Positions 24,526 through 33,457 of a stretch of DNA of 64,000 nt are shown piece by piece (within the stretch, counting starts at the first letter, position 1; each line of letters begins with the position of its first letter). This DNA is from Actinomycetota bacterium (lineage in GTDB: Bacteria; Actinomycetota; Acidimicrobiia; IMCC26256; PALSA-610): positions 4,639-68,638 of the forward strand of contig JBQTGT010000010.1 in the NCBI GenBank assembly GCA_052390615.1. Reading direction: 5' to 3'. The position numbers and the translations under genes were made by a program. The notes beneath the pieces were generated by a model. That model was not told the DNA's origin, made no database searches, and worked only from the letters and a program-made list of their open reading frames with translations.

Positions 24526-26867
24526 GCGCGCTCGCGCTGACACTCCGCCGCAGCGAGAATCGTGAACGGGTCGCCCCGATCGCGGGCGCGATCGGGGTTG
24601 GCGCGACGGTCGTGTTGCTCGTCAGCGAATCTTCATTCCGGTTCGCGCTGGCGCTGCTCGCGGTCGCGCTCATCGGGTTGCTGGCGTTCGACCTTCTCGC
24701 CGAAGGAGCGCTCGCGCGCGCGACGGCACTCGTCCCGCTGCTCGCGCTGCTCGCACTCGCGGAGACGTTCTGGTTGCAGGGCGACGCCATGCGCCCCGAC
24801 GTCGGCGTGATCCTCCAAGGCGCGCTGGTGGGCGCGCTGAGCGCGCTCCTCGCCGTCGGTCTGGCGCTCGTCTACCGCGCCAACCGGGTGATCAACTTCG
24901 CCCAAGGCGACCTCGGTGCCGTACCCGCCGTCCTCGCCATCCTGCTCCTCGCGGGCGACGCGCCCGGCGGCGCCCCCGATTGGATGACCGGCCTCCCCTA
25001 CGTCGTCGTGCTGGTCGTCGGTCTGGCGGCAGCGATCCTGCTCGGCTTCCTCGTCGAGCGTCTGATCGTCAACCGGTTCGTTCGGGCACCGCGCCTCGTC
25101 CTCACCGTCGCCACCATCGGCGTTGCGCAAGTGCTCACCGGCCTCGCGCTCTTCATGCCGCGGTGGTTCGGTTTCAAATCGCTCATCGTCCCCGATGTCC
25201 GTCCGCCGTTCGAATGGCAGTGGGAAGTCGGCGGGACGATCTTCCACGAGAACGACCTCATCGTCATGATCGCGGTCCCGTTCATCCTCGCGGGCCTGAC
25301 CGCCTTCCTCCGGTACTCGCGCGTCGGTATCGCGATCCGGGCAACGGCCGAGCGCTCCGACCGGGCCGCGTCCTTGGGTGTCCCGACCGGGCGCATTCAA
25401 ACCAGCGTGTGGGTCATCACGACGATCCTCGCGTTTGTCACCGTGTTTCTCCGTGCCGGCGTCGCGAGCTTCCCGATCGGATCTGCGCTCGGGGTGACGG
25501 TCCTCATCCGCGCGTTGGCAGCAGTCGTGATCGGCCGGCTGGAGGATTACCCGCGTATCGCGTTGGCCGCGCTCGCACTTGGCGTCGTCGAACAAGCGGT
25601 CGTGTTCGACACCGGTCGCGACCTGTACGTGTTTCCAGTCCTGTTCGCGATCGTCGTCGTCGCGATGACGTTGCACCGCCGCCGACGCGGGAGCCGCGTC
25701 GAGGATCAGGCCGTGTCGAGCTGGCAGGCCGCTCGCGAGCTGCGACCGGTCCCCCGCGAGCTGCGATCGCTGCCCGAGGTACAGATCGCCCGTGGCGGCA
25801 TCCTCGGCGCAATCGCGGTGTTCCTCATGACGCTGCCGCTGTGGATGTCGGGCTCGAACCTCAGCATCACCACCGACACCGGTATCATCGCGATCATCGC
25901 CGTCTCGCTCGTCATTCTCACGGGCTGGGCCGGTCACGTGAGCCTCGGCCAGATGGCGTTCGCGGGAGTCGGCGGCGCCGTCAGCGCGTGGATCACCCAA
26001 ACCGCCGAACTGGACTTCGGCTTCGCGCTCCTCTGCGCGGGGCTGGTCGGCGCCGCCGTCACCGTCGTCGTCGGGATCCCGGCCGCGCGCGCGGGTGGGC
26101 TCACGCTCGCGGTCTCGACGCTCGCACTCGCTGCCGCAGTGATGTATTGCCTGTTGAACCCCGATTTTTTCGGGTGGCTCCCTCGCGGCCGTTTCGATCG
26201 GGACCCCGAGCTGTTCGGGCGCGTCGAGATTGCCTCGCAAATGAGCTTCTACTACATCACGCTCGGCGTGCTCGCGTTGAGCATCGCGGTCGCGCTCCGC
26301 ATCCGTCACACTCGGACCGGCCGCGTCCTCATCGCACTGCGCGAGAACCCGCGCGCGGCGCAAGCGTACGGCGTGAACACGACGCGCACGATGCTCGCCG
26401 CGTTCGCCTTCTCCGGCTTCATCGCCGCGATGGCGGGGGCACTGTCCGTGCACCATATGCACGCGATCCCGCTGAACTTCTTCGGCCACCCGTTCTCGCC
26501 CGAAGCGAGCGTCGTCGTGTTCGCCACCGTCGTGATCGGCGGGCTCGCGTCGATCCCCGGCGCCGTCCTGGGCGCGGTCTATGTCTACACGGTGAAGTAC
26601 CACCTGCCCGAGGAGTGGGAGTTCCTCGCGACCGGGTTCGGGCTGCTCATCATCTTGTTGCTCCTCCCGGGCGGGCTCGGCGCCGCACTCGCCGAGGTGC
26701 GCGACGCGCTCTTGCGGTGGCGGGCGCGTGCGCGCGGGATCGTGGTACCGAGCTTGCTCGCAGACCGCCGCGTCGAAGCCGTGGAGGTCACGCCGGCGAT
26801 GGCGGCCGCGGTCGCGGAAGCGGTCGAGCTCCCGCAGTTCGAAGAGATCGCCGACATCCGCCAGTGA
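24522..26867 (+). CDS. Fused LivH-like + LivM-like branched-chain/HAAT ABC permease
   Basis: The ATG overlaps the TetR stop (ATGA). The first half has VYRANRVINFAQGDLGAVPA (LivH-type). The second half has LTGWAGHVSLGQMAFAGVGG (LivM-type). Total 781 aa. Confidence 0.85.
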   Translation: MSALALTLRRSENRERVAPIAGAIGVGATVVLLVSESSFRFALALLAVALIGLLAFDLLAEGALARATALVPLLALLALAETFWLQGDAMRPDVGVILQGALVGALSALLAVGLALVYRANRVINFAQGDLGAVPAVLAILLLAGDAPGGAPDWMTGLPYVVVLVVGLAAAILLGFLVERLIVNRFVRAPRLVLTVATIGVAQVLTGLALFMPRWFGFKSLIVPDVRPPFEWQWEVGGTIFHENDLIVMIAVPFILAGLTAFLRYSRVGIAIRATAERSDRAASLGVPTGRIQTSVWVITTILAFVTVFLRAGVASFPIGSALGVTVLIRALAAVVIGRLEDYPRIALAALALGVVEQAVVFDTGRDLYVFPVLFAIVVVAMTLHRRRRGSRVEDQAVSSWQAARELRPVPRELRSLPEVQIARGGILGAIAVFLMTLPLWMSGSNLSITTDTGIIAIIAVSLVILTGWAGHVSLGQMAFAGVGGAVSAWITQTAELDFGFALLCAGLVGAAVTVVVGIPAARAGGLTLAVSTLALAAAVMYCLLNPDFFGWLPRGRFDRDPELFGRVEIASQMSFYYITLGVLALSIAVALRIRHTRTGRVLIALRENPRAAQAYGVNTTRTMLAAFAFSGFIAAMAGALSVHHMHAIPLNFFGHPFSPEASVVVFATVVIGGLASIPGAVLGAVYVYTVKYHLPEEWEFLATGFGLLIILLLLPGGLGAALAEVRDALLRWRARARGIVVPSLLADRRVEAVEVTPAMAAAVAEAVELPQFEEIADIRQ

Positions 26868-26907
26868 CCACGCCGCCGCGCCCCGCAACGACAAGAAGGG
26901 GGTCCGC

Positions 26908-29900
26908 GTGACCACCGGAGGTGTCGCGGACGGCCGCGAGGCACTGTTCACGCTCGGGCGCCTGACCATGCACAAGCCGCGCTCGCCGCGGCGCTACCTT
27001 GCCGAGATCACCGCCGGGCAGGCGGCGTTCCCGCTGCTCGTCCTGTTCGGGCTCAACGCGGTCGACGAGCTCGACCGCACGGTGTTCGGCATCCTCGGAC
27101 CCGAGATCCGCGATCACTTCGGCCTGAGCAACCAGGGCTACCTCTCGATCATCGCATTGACGTTGCTCGGCGGATTGCTGTTGGAAGTCCCGCTCGCGTT
27201 CTACGCCGACCGCGTGCCCCGCGCCCGCATCGCCGTGACTGGCGCCGCGATCTGGGCAGTGTTCGGCGTGCTCACCGGCCTCGCAACGACGGTGCTCGTG
27301 CTCGTCATCGCGCGCGCGGGAACCGGGCTGGGTCGAGCCGTCGTGACTCCGACGCACAACTCGTTGCTCGCGGACTACTACCCGATCGAAGTCCGGCCGG
27401 AGATTTACGGTTTCCACCGGATGGCCAACGCGGCGGGCCAATTCGCGGGCCCGCTGATCGGTGGCGTACTCGCAGAGCTGTACGGCTGGCAGGTGCCGTT
27501 CTTCGTCTTCGTCGTGCCGACTCTGATCCTCGTGGTCATCGGGCTCCGTCTCACCGATCCCGGACGCGGGCACTTCGAGCGCGCCGCGGGCGGGGCGGCA
27601 GCCGACATCGTCTCCACCGAGGACACACCGCCGTCGTGGGCGGAGTCGGTGCGGATCCTGTGGCAAGTCCGCACATTGCGTCGGATCTGGTTTTCGCTCC
27701 CGTTCCTTGCCGCGTCGATCATCGGGCTCATCACGCTGACGTCGTTGTACTACGACGAGGTCTTCGGGCTTTCCGAGTCCGAGCGCGGGTTCGTCGCGGC
27801 CATGGCCGAACCGGCGCAGTTCTTCGGCATCTTGCTCGGGATCCCGCTCGCGTCGCGGTTGATGTTGCGCGACCCCGGCGCCGGGTTGCGCTACCTGTCG
27901 CTGATCGCCGTGGCCATCGCCGGCGCGTGGGTCGTGCTCGCCACCGCCCCGGTACTCGGCGTTGCGATCGCGGCCAACGTTGCGATCTCCGGCTTGGCCG
28001 CGCTGCTCGCGCCCGGCATCTTCGCGTCGTTGTCGCTCGCAATCCCGCCGAAGGTGCGTTCGCTCGGATACTCGATGGCGAGCCTGTTCGTCCTGCCCGG
28101 CCTCATCGTGTTGTACATCGTCGGCGGGATCGCCGACAGGTACGGCATCCGCCAGGGCCTCATGGTGATGGTCCCGGTCTTCCTCCTCGGCGCGTTCATC
28201 CTGTCGTCCGCGTCCATGTTCGTGAAGGCCGACATCAACCGCGTCTGGACGTCGACCGCCGCGCAGGCCGAGGTGAAGTATCAGCGCGCACGCGGTGAAG
28301 TAAAGCTGCTGCTCGTGCGCAACGTCGACGTGAGTTACGACGACGTCCAAGTCCTCTTCGGCGTCAACCTCGAGGTCGACGAAGGTGAGATCATCGCGTT
28401 GCTCGGCACGAACGGGGCCGGAAAGTCGACGTTGTTGAAGGCGATCGCGGGGATCGTCCCGGCTGACGCCGGCGCCATCGTCTTCGACGGGCGCGACGCC
28501 ACGTACGCGCCGCCGTACGAGATCGCGGCACGCGGCATCGTCATGGTGCCGGGCGGCCAGGGCGTGTTCCCGTCGCTATCGGTCGCGGAAAACCTGCGCA
28601 TCGCGGGTTGGCTCGACAAAGACCGCCGCAGCCGTGCCGACGCCGTCGAGCGCGCGCTCCAGCGGTTCCCTGTGCTGCGCGACCGGGTGCAGGAGCCGGC
28701 CGCCAATCTCTCGGGCGGCCAGCAGCAGATGTTGACGCTCGCGATGGCATTGCTGTCGCGTCCGCGGCTGCTGATGATCGACGAGCTGTCGCTGGGATTG
28801 GCGCCGTCGATCGTGGCGGAGCTGCTCGACGCCGTGAAGCTGCTGAAAGAACAGGGCACGACGGTCATCCTCGTCGAGCAGTCGGTGAACGTCGCACTCA
28901 CGATCGCCGACACCGCGTACTTCATGGAGAAAGGCGAGATCCGGTTCAACGGGCCGACCGCCGAGCTGCTCGCCCGGCCCGACGTCCTGCGGTCGGTATT
29001 CCTGGAAGGCGCCGCGACCGTCGATCTCACCCCCACCGATCAGGCGATACGCACTCGCGACGCCACGCCGGCAGGGCCACCGTCGGGGAACGGCTCGAAA
29101 CCGCAGCCCCGTCTTTCCGTCGAAAGCGTCGCCAAACGCTTCGGTGGCATCGCCGCGTTGCACGACGTCTCCTTCGACGTCCATGCGGGCGAGATCCTCG
29201 GCTTCCTCGGGCCGAACGGCGCCGGCAAGACGACGCTGTTCGACGTGCTGTCGGGCTTCTTGGCGGCCGATCAGGGCGACGTGCTCCTCGACGGCACGTC
29301 GATCGTGCGGCTCGGGCCCGACGCGCGTGCTCGCCGCGGCCTCGGCCGTTCGTTCCAGGACGGCCGGCTGTTCCCGGCACTGACCGTCTCCGAGGCGATC
29401 GCGGTCGCGTGCGAACGCAGCGTCGACGTGCGCGATCCGGTCGCGGCCGCGTTGTTCATGCCGTCGGTCGCGGCTTCCGAGGAGAAGGTCGCCGTTCGCG
29501 TCGAGGAGTTGATCGAGCTTCTCGGTCTCGGCGCGTACCACGACAAGTACGTGCGCGAGCTGTCGACCGGCAGCCGCCGCGTCGTCGATCTGGCGTGCGT
29601 TCTGGCCCACCGACCGAGCGTGCTGTTGCTGGACGAACCGTCTTCTGGCATCGCGCAGCGCGAGACCGAAGCACTGGGGCCGTTGTTGTTGCGCATCCGC
29701 GCCATGACGGGCGCGTGCCTGCTCGTCATCGAGCACGACGTTCCGCTCATCACATCGATCGCCGATCGGATGGTCGCACTCGACCTCGGTGAGCTCGTCG
29801 CGATCGGATCACCGTCCGAGGTCGTACACGACCCGCAGGTCGTCGCCTCGTACCTCGGAAACACAGAAGCTGTCGTGGCCCGCAGCGGAATACGCGTCGG

Positions 29901-29931
29901 GCCCTCTGACGGGGGGGAACCCAATGGCTGA
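26908..29931 (+). CDS. MFS-like 12-TM domain fused to two ABC ATPase domains (LivF-like then LivG-like)
   Basis: GTG at 26908 with GAAGGGGG 5 nt upstream and a continuous frame. Motifs in order: MFS-type LAFYADRVPRARI loop; Walker A GTNGAGKST, LSGGQQQ, LLMIDELSLGL; then GPNGAGKTT, LSTGSRR, LLLDEPSSGI. Confidence 0.8.
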   Translation: MTTGGVADGREALFTLGRLTMHKPRSPRRYLAEITAGQAAFPLLVLFGLNAVDELDRTVFGILGPEIRDHFGLSNQGYLSIIALTLLGGLLLEVPLAFYADRVPRARIAVTGAAIWAVFGVLTGLATTVLVLVIARAGTGLGRAVVTPTHNSLLADYYPIEVRPEIYGFHRMANAAGQFAGPLIGGVLAELYGWQVPFFVFVVPTLILVVIGLRLTDPGRGHFERAAGGAAADIVSTEDTPPSWAESVRILWQVRTLRRIWFSLPFLAASIIGLITLTSLYYDEVFGLSESERGFVAAMAEPAQFFGILLGIPLASRLMLRDPGAGLRYLSLIAVAIAGAWVVLATAPVLGVAIAANVAISGLAALLAPGIFASLSLAIPPKVRSLGYSMASLFVLPGLIVLYIVGGIADRYGIRQGLMVMVPVFLLGAFILSSASMFVKADINRVWTSTAAQAEVKYQRARGEVKLLLVRNVDVSYDDVQVLFGVNLEVDEGEIIALLGTNGAGKSTLLKAIAGIVPADAGAIVFDGRDATYAPPYEIAARGIVMVPGGQGVFPSLSVAENLRIAGWLDKDRRSRADAVERALQRFPVLRDRVQEPAANLSGGQQQMLTLAMALLSRPRLLMIDELSLGLAPSIVAELLDAVKLLKEQGTTVILVEQSVNVALTIADTAYFMEKGEIRFNGPTAELLARPDVLRSVFLEGAATVDLTPTDQAIRTRDATPAGPPSGNGSKPQPRLSVESVAKRFGGIAALHDVSFDVHAGEILGFLGPNGAGKTTLFDVLSGFLAADQGDVLLDGTSIVRLGPDARARRGLGRSFQDGRLFPALTVSEAIAVACERSVDVRDPVAAALFMPSVAASEEKVAVRVEELIELLGLGAYHDKYVRELSTGSRRVVDLACVLAHRPSVLLLDEPSSGIAQRETEALGPLLLRIRAMTGACLLVIEHDVPLITSIADRMVALDLGELVAIGSPSEVVHDPQVVASYLGNTEAVVARSGIRVGPSDGGEPNG

Positions 29932-31675
29932 GGGAGGTAGTCGAGCCAAGCTGGCGAAGCGCTACGGGCCGATCGTGCTCGTGGTCGCGCTCGTCGGCGG
30001 CGTGATCGCGTTCGCGGGGGATGGCGGCGATGACGACGATGTCGTGCCGACCGACACGACCCCCGACGGTACGGGTGACGGCGACGGCCCGGCCAACCCC
30101 GATCTGCCCATGACCTTCCAGGAGGCCCAAGCGGCGGGCACCGAGGAGGACATCGACTGGGGACCGGGGTGCGACACCGAGCTCGGGCGCATGATGATCC
30201 CGATCACCAGCGCGGCCCCGTGCGTCGAGCCGTGGGACGAATCGCAGGAGAACGGCGGCGCGACTTCGGAGCAAGGCGTGACCGCCGAAGAGATCGTCGT
30301 CGCGGTCTACCAAGGCCGGCCCGATCCGCTCGCGCAGGCGATCGTCGAAGGTGCGGGTGCTGACACCGATCCGAACGACATTCGCCAGGTCGCGGTGAAC
30401 TACCTGACGATGTTCGAAGACGTGTACGAGACGTACGGCCGGCGGTTGCGCATCGAGGTGATCGAGGCGACCGGTGGCCCCGAAGACGCCGTCGCCGCGC
30501 TCGCCGACGCGCAGAAGGTCATCGACCTTGAGCCTTTCGCCGCCATCGGCGGTCCGCCGCAGACGTCGGTGTACTGGCAGGAGCTCGTGAACGCCGGCAT
30601 CGTGTGCGTCGGGATCTGCTCATTGGCGGAACCGTGGGACGTCGTCGAGGAGGCGGCGCCGTACCTGTGGCCGACGGGCCCCTCACCTGACCAGGCCGAC
30701 ATGCACCTCGTTGAGATGCTCGAGAAGCAGATCATCGGCCAGCCGGTCTCGTTCGCGGGTGATGCCGCGCTGAACGGCGAGGAGCGCGTGTACGGCTTCA
30801 TCCAGGCCGAACGGATCGCGGGTGAGTTCACCGAACGCAACGAGGCCTTCCTCGACTCGCTCCGCGACAAGGGCGCGAACATCGCGACCACGTTCACCTA
30901 CCTGTTCGACGTCAGTCGGGCGGGCGAAACGGCGACCAATGCGATCGCGCGCATGAAGGAAGCGGGTGTCACCACCGTCATCATGAGCGTGGACCCGATC
31001 ATTCCGTCCAACATCACCAAGGAAGCAACTGCCCAGAACTACGCGCCCGAGTGGATCCTCGGCCCGAACGTGTTGATGGACACCACGATCTTCGGACGCC
31101 AGACCGACCAAGAACAGTGGTCGCACATGATTGGCCTGTCACTGCCGGCGGCGCGCGCCGAGCGGGAGCTGGGCGACTCGTACCTCTCTCATCTGTGGTA
31201 CTTCGGAGAGGAACCGCCCGTGAACAGCCAAGGGGTGTTCTTCCCGGGACCGGAGCGGTTGCTCCTGGGCATCCACCTCGCGGGCCCGAACCTCGATCCG
31301 GAGAACTTCCGCGACGGCCTGTTCCGGTACCCGGCCAGCGAGCAGGGCGTCACGTACGCGACCGACTCGTGGGGCGACGACCTCTGGGGCCGGCCCGACT
31401 ACAACGCGGCCGACGACGTCGCGACGATCTGGTGGGACCCCGACGCAGAGGGCGAGGACGAAGCCGGCAACATGAGCGTGCCGGGCGAGGTCGGTAAGAC
31501 CGGCATGGTGCGCTACGTCGACGGCGGCCGCCGGTACATGCCGGGCGACTGGCCGACCGATCCGATCCCGTGGTTCGAGGAGGAAGGCTCGGTCACGATC
31601 TACGACGAGAGGCCGGACGCGGCGCCCGACTATCCGCCGTGGCCCGGCTCCCCCGGCGCCGCCGCCGCCGGATGA
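29924..31675 (+). CDS. Membrane-anchored solute-binding protein (distant type I periplasmic-binding fold), 583 aa
   Basis: The ATG overlaps the upstream gene by 8 nt. It has an N-terminal TM (IVLVVALVGGVIAFA), then an acidic GDGGDDDD...DGTGDGDGP linker, then a large soluble domain. The operon position fits a binding protein. Confidence 0.65.
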   Translation: MAEGGSRAKLAKRYGPIVLVVALVGGVIAFAGDGGDDDDVVPTDTTPDGTGDGDGPANPDLPMTFQEAQAAGTEEDIDWGPGCDTELGRMMIPITSAAPCVEPWDESQENGGATSEQGVTAEEIVVAVYQGRPDPLAQAIVEGAGADTDPNDIRQVAVNYLTMFEDVYETYGRRLRIEVIEATGGPEDAVAALADAQKVIDLEPFAAIGGPPQTSVYWQELVNAGIVCVGICSLAEPWDVVEEAAPYLWPTGPSPDQADMHLVEMLEKQIIGQPVSFAGDAALNGEERVYGFIQAERIAGEFTERNEAFLDSLRDKGANIATTFTYLFDVSRAGETATNAIARMKEAGVTTVIMSVDPIIPSNITKEATAQNYAPEWILGPNVLMDTTIFGRQTDQEQWSHMIGLSLPAARAERELGDSYLSHLWYFGEEPPVNSQGVFFPGPERLLLGIHLAGPNLDPENFRDGLFRYPASEQGVTYATDSWGDDLWGRPDYNAADDVATIWWDPDAEGEDEAGNMSVPGEVGKTGMVRYVDGGRRYMPGDWPTDPIPWFEEEGSVTIYDERPDAAPDYPPWPGSPGAAAAG

Positions 31676-31689
31676 ACGACCTTCCCGCC

Positions 31690-31738
31690 GAACTGGCGTG
31701 ACAAAAGCGCGCTACACGCGCTTCAGTCACGCCAGTTC
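31690..31738. terminator. Long compound hairpin at convergent gene ends
   Basis: 13-bp outer stem GAACTGGCGTGAC/GTCACGCCAGTTC and 7-bp inner stem AAGCGCG/CGCGCTT with a 5-nt loop. The right arm covers the last codons (NPANWRD) of the minus-strand gene. Confidence 0.55.
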
Positions 31739-32364
31739 GCAGGGTTGGACGCCACCCAGCCTGACCCCGGCTCGTAGCGGCGTACGACGCGCGCGGGGAT
31801 ACCCGCGACGACTGAACAGCTCGGGATCACGCCGCCGGTGACGATCGCGCCGGCCGCGACGACGACGTGCTCGCCGATTCGGGCGCCCGGCAGCACGACT
31901 GCGCCGTGGCCGAGCCACGAGCCCGAGCCGATCGTGACCGGCTCGTTCTGCCACATCTGCACGCCGATCGGCAGCGCGACGTCCTCGTACCCGTGGTTCT
32001 GGTCGGTGATGTAGACGTAGTGACCGGTCCAGATGTCGTCGCCGATGTGGATCCGCTCGTGACCGACGATGCCGATGCCCTTGCCGAGCATGCACCGATC
32101 GCCGATCGTGATGATCGGCCCGCCGCGCTCGTGCATCTGTGACGGCATGCCCGCGCTGAGGCTCGCGAGGGGCCCGATCGTCGTGTTGTCGCCGATCGAG
32201 ATCCGCCCCTCACCGAAGATCACCGTGGGCGGGAACGCGACGAGGCTGCCCGCGCCGAACGCGCCGAACTTGCGAGCCCGGCCGTGGCGCGGACCGAGCG
32301 CGCCGTAGCGCACGACGCGTTCCCACGTCGCGTGGATGAAGTCTCCGCCGATGCGACCCAACAT
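31723..32364 (-). CDS. Hexapeptide-repeat (LbH) acyl/acetyltransferase
   Basis: Repeated [LIV]G-x4 hexapeptides: IGDRCMLGKGIGIVG, IGSGSWLGHGAVVLPGARIGEHVVVAAGAIV. Confidence 0.8.
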   Translation of the reverse strand: MLGRIGGDFIHATWERVVRYGALGPRHGRARKFGAFGAGSLVAFPPTVIFGEGRISIGDNTTIGPLASLSAGMPSQMHERGGPIITIGDRCMLGKGIGIVGHERIHIGDDIWTGHYVYITDQNHGYEDVALPIGVQMWQNEPVTIGSGSWLGHGAVVLPGARIGEHVVVAAGAIVTGGVIPSCSVVAGIPARVVRRYEPGSGWVASNPANWRD

Positions 32365-32419
32365 CGGCCGCGACCCTACCGACTCGACCGCGACCGGTAC
32401 TTCTCGTAGGTTCGACTCG

Positions 32420-33445
32420 ATGCGAGCTCGGCCGCCGCGTATCGGGGTGCTGTACGACTATCCGCAAGGCGACGGCTTGTTCGTCGACACGCTCCGCCTG
32501 GGACTCGACGCGGGGGGTGCGCGTGACGTCGACCTCGTCGAGCGCGAGGTACTGGGCCTGCCGGCGGGCACGCGCGAAGCAATCGTGGAGGGTTTCGAGG
32601 CGCTGGTCGCGGACCGAGTCGCCGCGATCGTCGGACCGTCGATCTCCGACAACGCACTCGTTGCCGCGCCGCTCGCGGACGCGCACGAGATGCCGTCGAT
32701 CAACTACTCCGGCAGCGAGCAGACGCGATCCGAGTACATGTTCCACTACCAAGTGGGTTCACTCGAGGAGGAGCCACCCGTCCTTGCGCAGCGAATGGCT
32801 GACCGCGGCCTCACGCGTGCGGCGGTCCTGTACGACGATTCCGAAGTCGGTCACGGCTACCAGCGCGCGTTCGAGCTAGCGCGGCACCGCTTCGGGATCA
32901 CGATCGCGGCCTCGGCGTTTGTCGCGCCGCTGATCGAGGACGCCGAGACGATCCTGGATGATCTCCGCGCGGTCGCTCCCGACGCGCTGGTCTATTTCGG
33001 GTTGGGTGTCGCGTCGCGCGCTGTCGCCGTCGCGCGCGCCGCACTGGCGTGGGACATTCCGGTGCTCGCGAACTCGGCACTGATGTTCGGCTACGCGCGC
33101 CCCGACTGGCGCGACGGGTACGCGGGCTGGGAGTACATCGATACGATCGCGGATGACAACACGGTGCGCGCCGAGCTGCGGGCGACGTCGAAGCGGGCCG
33201 CGGGCGGGCCGATCGGATGCGCCGCGTACGACATCGGCCGCATTGTCGGCGCCGCGATCGCGTCGTGTCACGACAACGACGCGGGTCCCACGGTCGCAGC
33301 AGCGCTGCGGCGCGTGAAACGACTCCCCGCCGCGAGCGGCTACGACGGCACGCTCATGGGCTTCGGCCAGTGGGACCACGCCGCGCTGAAGGGCCACTTT
33401 CTCGTGTTGCGCGAGTGGCGCGCGGGTCGCAGCGTTCAGGTCTAG
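32420..33445 (+). CDS. LivK/AmiC-like type I ligand-binding protein without a signal peptide
   Basis: It starts MRARPPRIGVLYDYP with no hydrophobic leader. AAIVGPSISDNALV and AAVLYDDSEVGHGY are typical of Peripla_BP_6-type proteins. Confidence 0.7.
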   Translation: MRARPPRIGVLYDYPQGDGLFVDTLRLGLDAGGARDVDLVEREVLGLPAGTREAIVEGFEALVADRVAAIVGPSISDNALVAAPLADAHEMPSINYSGSEQTRSEYMFHYQVGSLEEEPPVLAQRMADRGLTRAAVLYDDSEVGHGYQRAFELARHRFGITIAASAFVAPLIEDAETILDDLRAVAPDALVYFGLGVASRAVAVARAALAWDIPVLANSALMFGYARPDWRDGYAGWEYIDTIADDNTVRAELRATSKRAAGGPIGCAAYDIGRIVGAAIASCHDNDAGPTVAAALRRVKRLPAASGYDGTLMGFGQWDHAALKGHFLVLREWRAGRSVQV

Positions 33446-33457
33446 TGTGCGGCCGCG

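Noticed and set aside
24633-29736. Long minus-strand ORFs (24633-26975, 26788-28350, 28576-29736) antisense to the ABC transporter genes.
   Set aside because: The same shadow-ORF signature applies (R/D/E/G/H runs, no domains). The plus-strand products carry unambiguous permease and Walker motifs.
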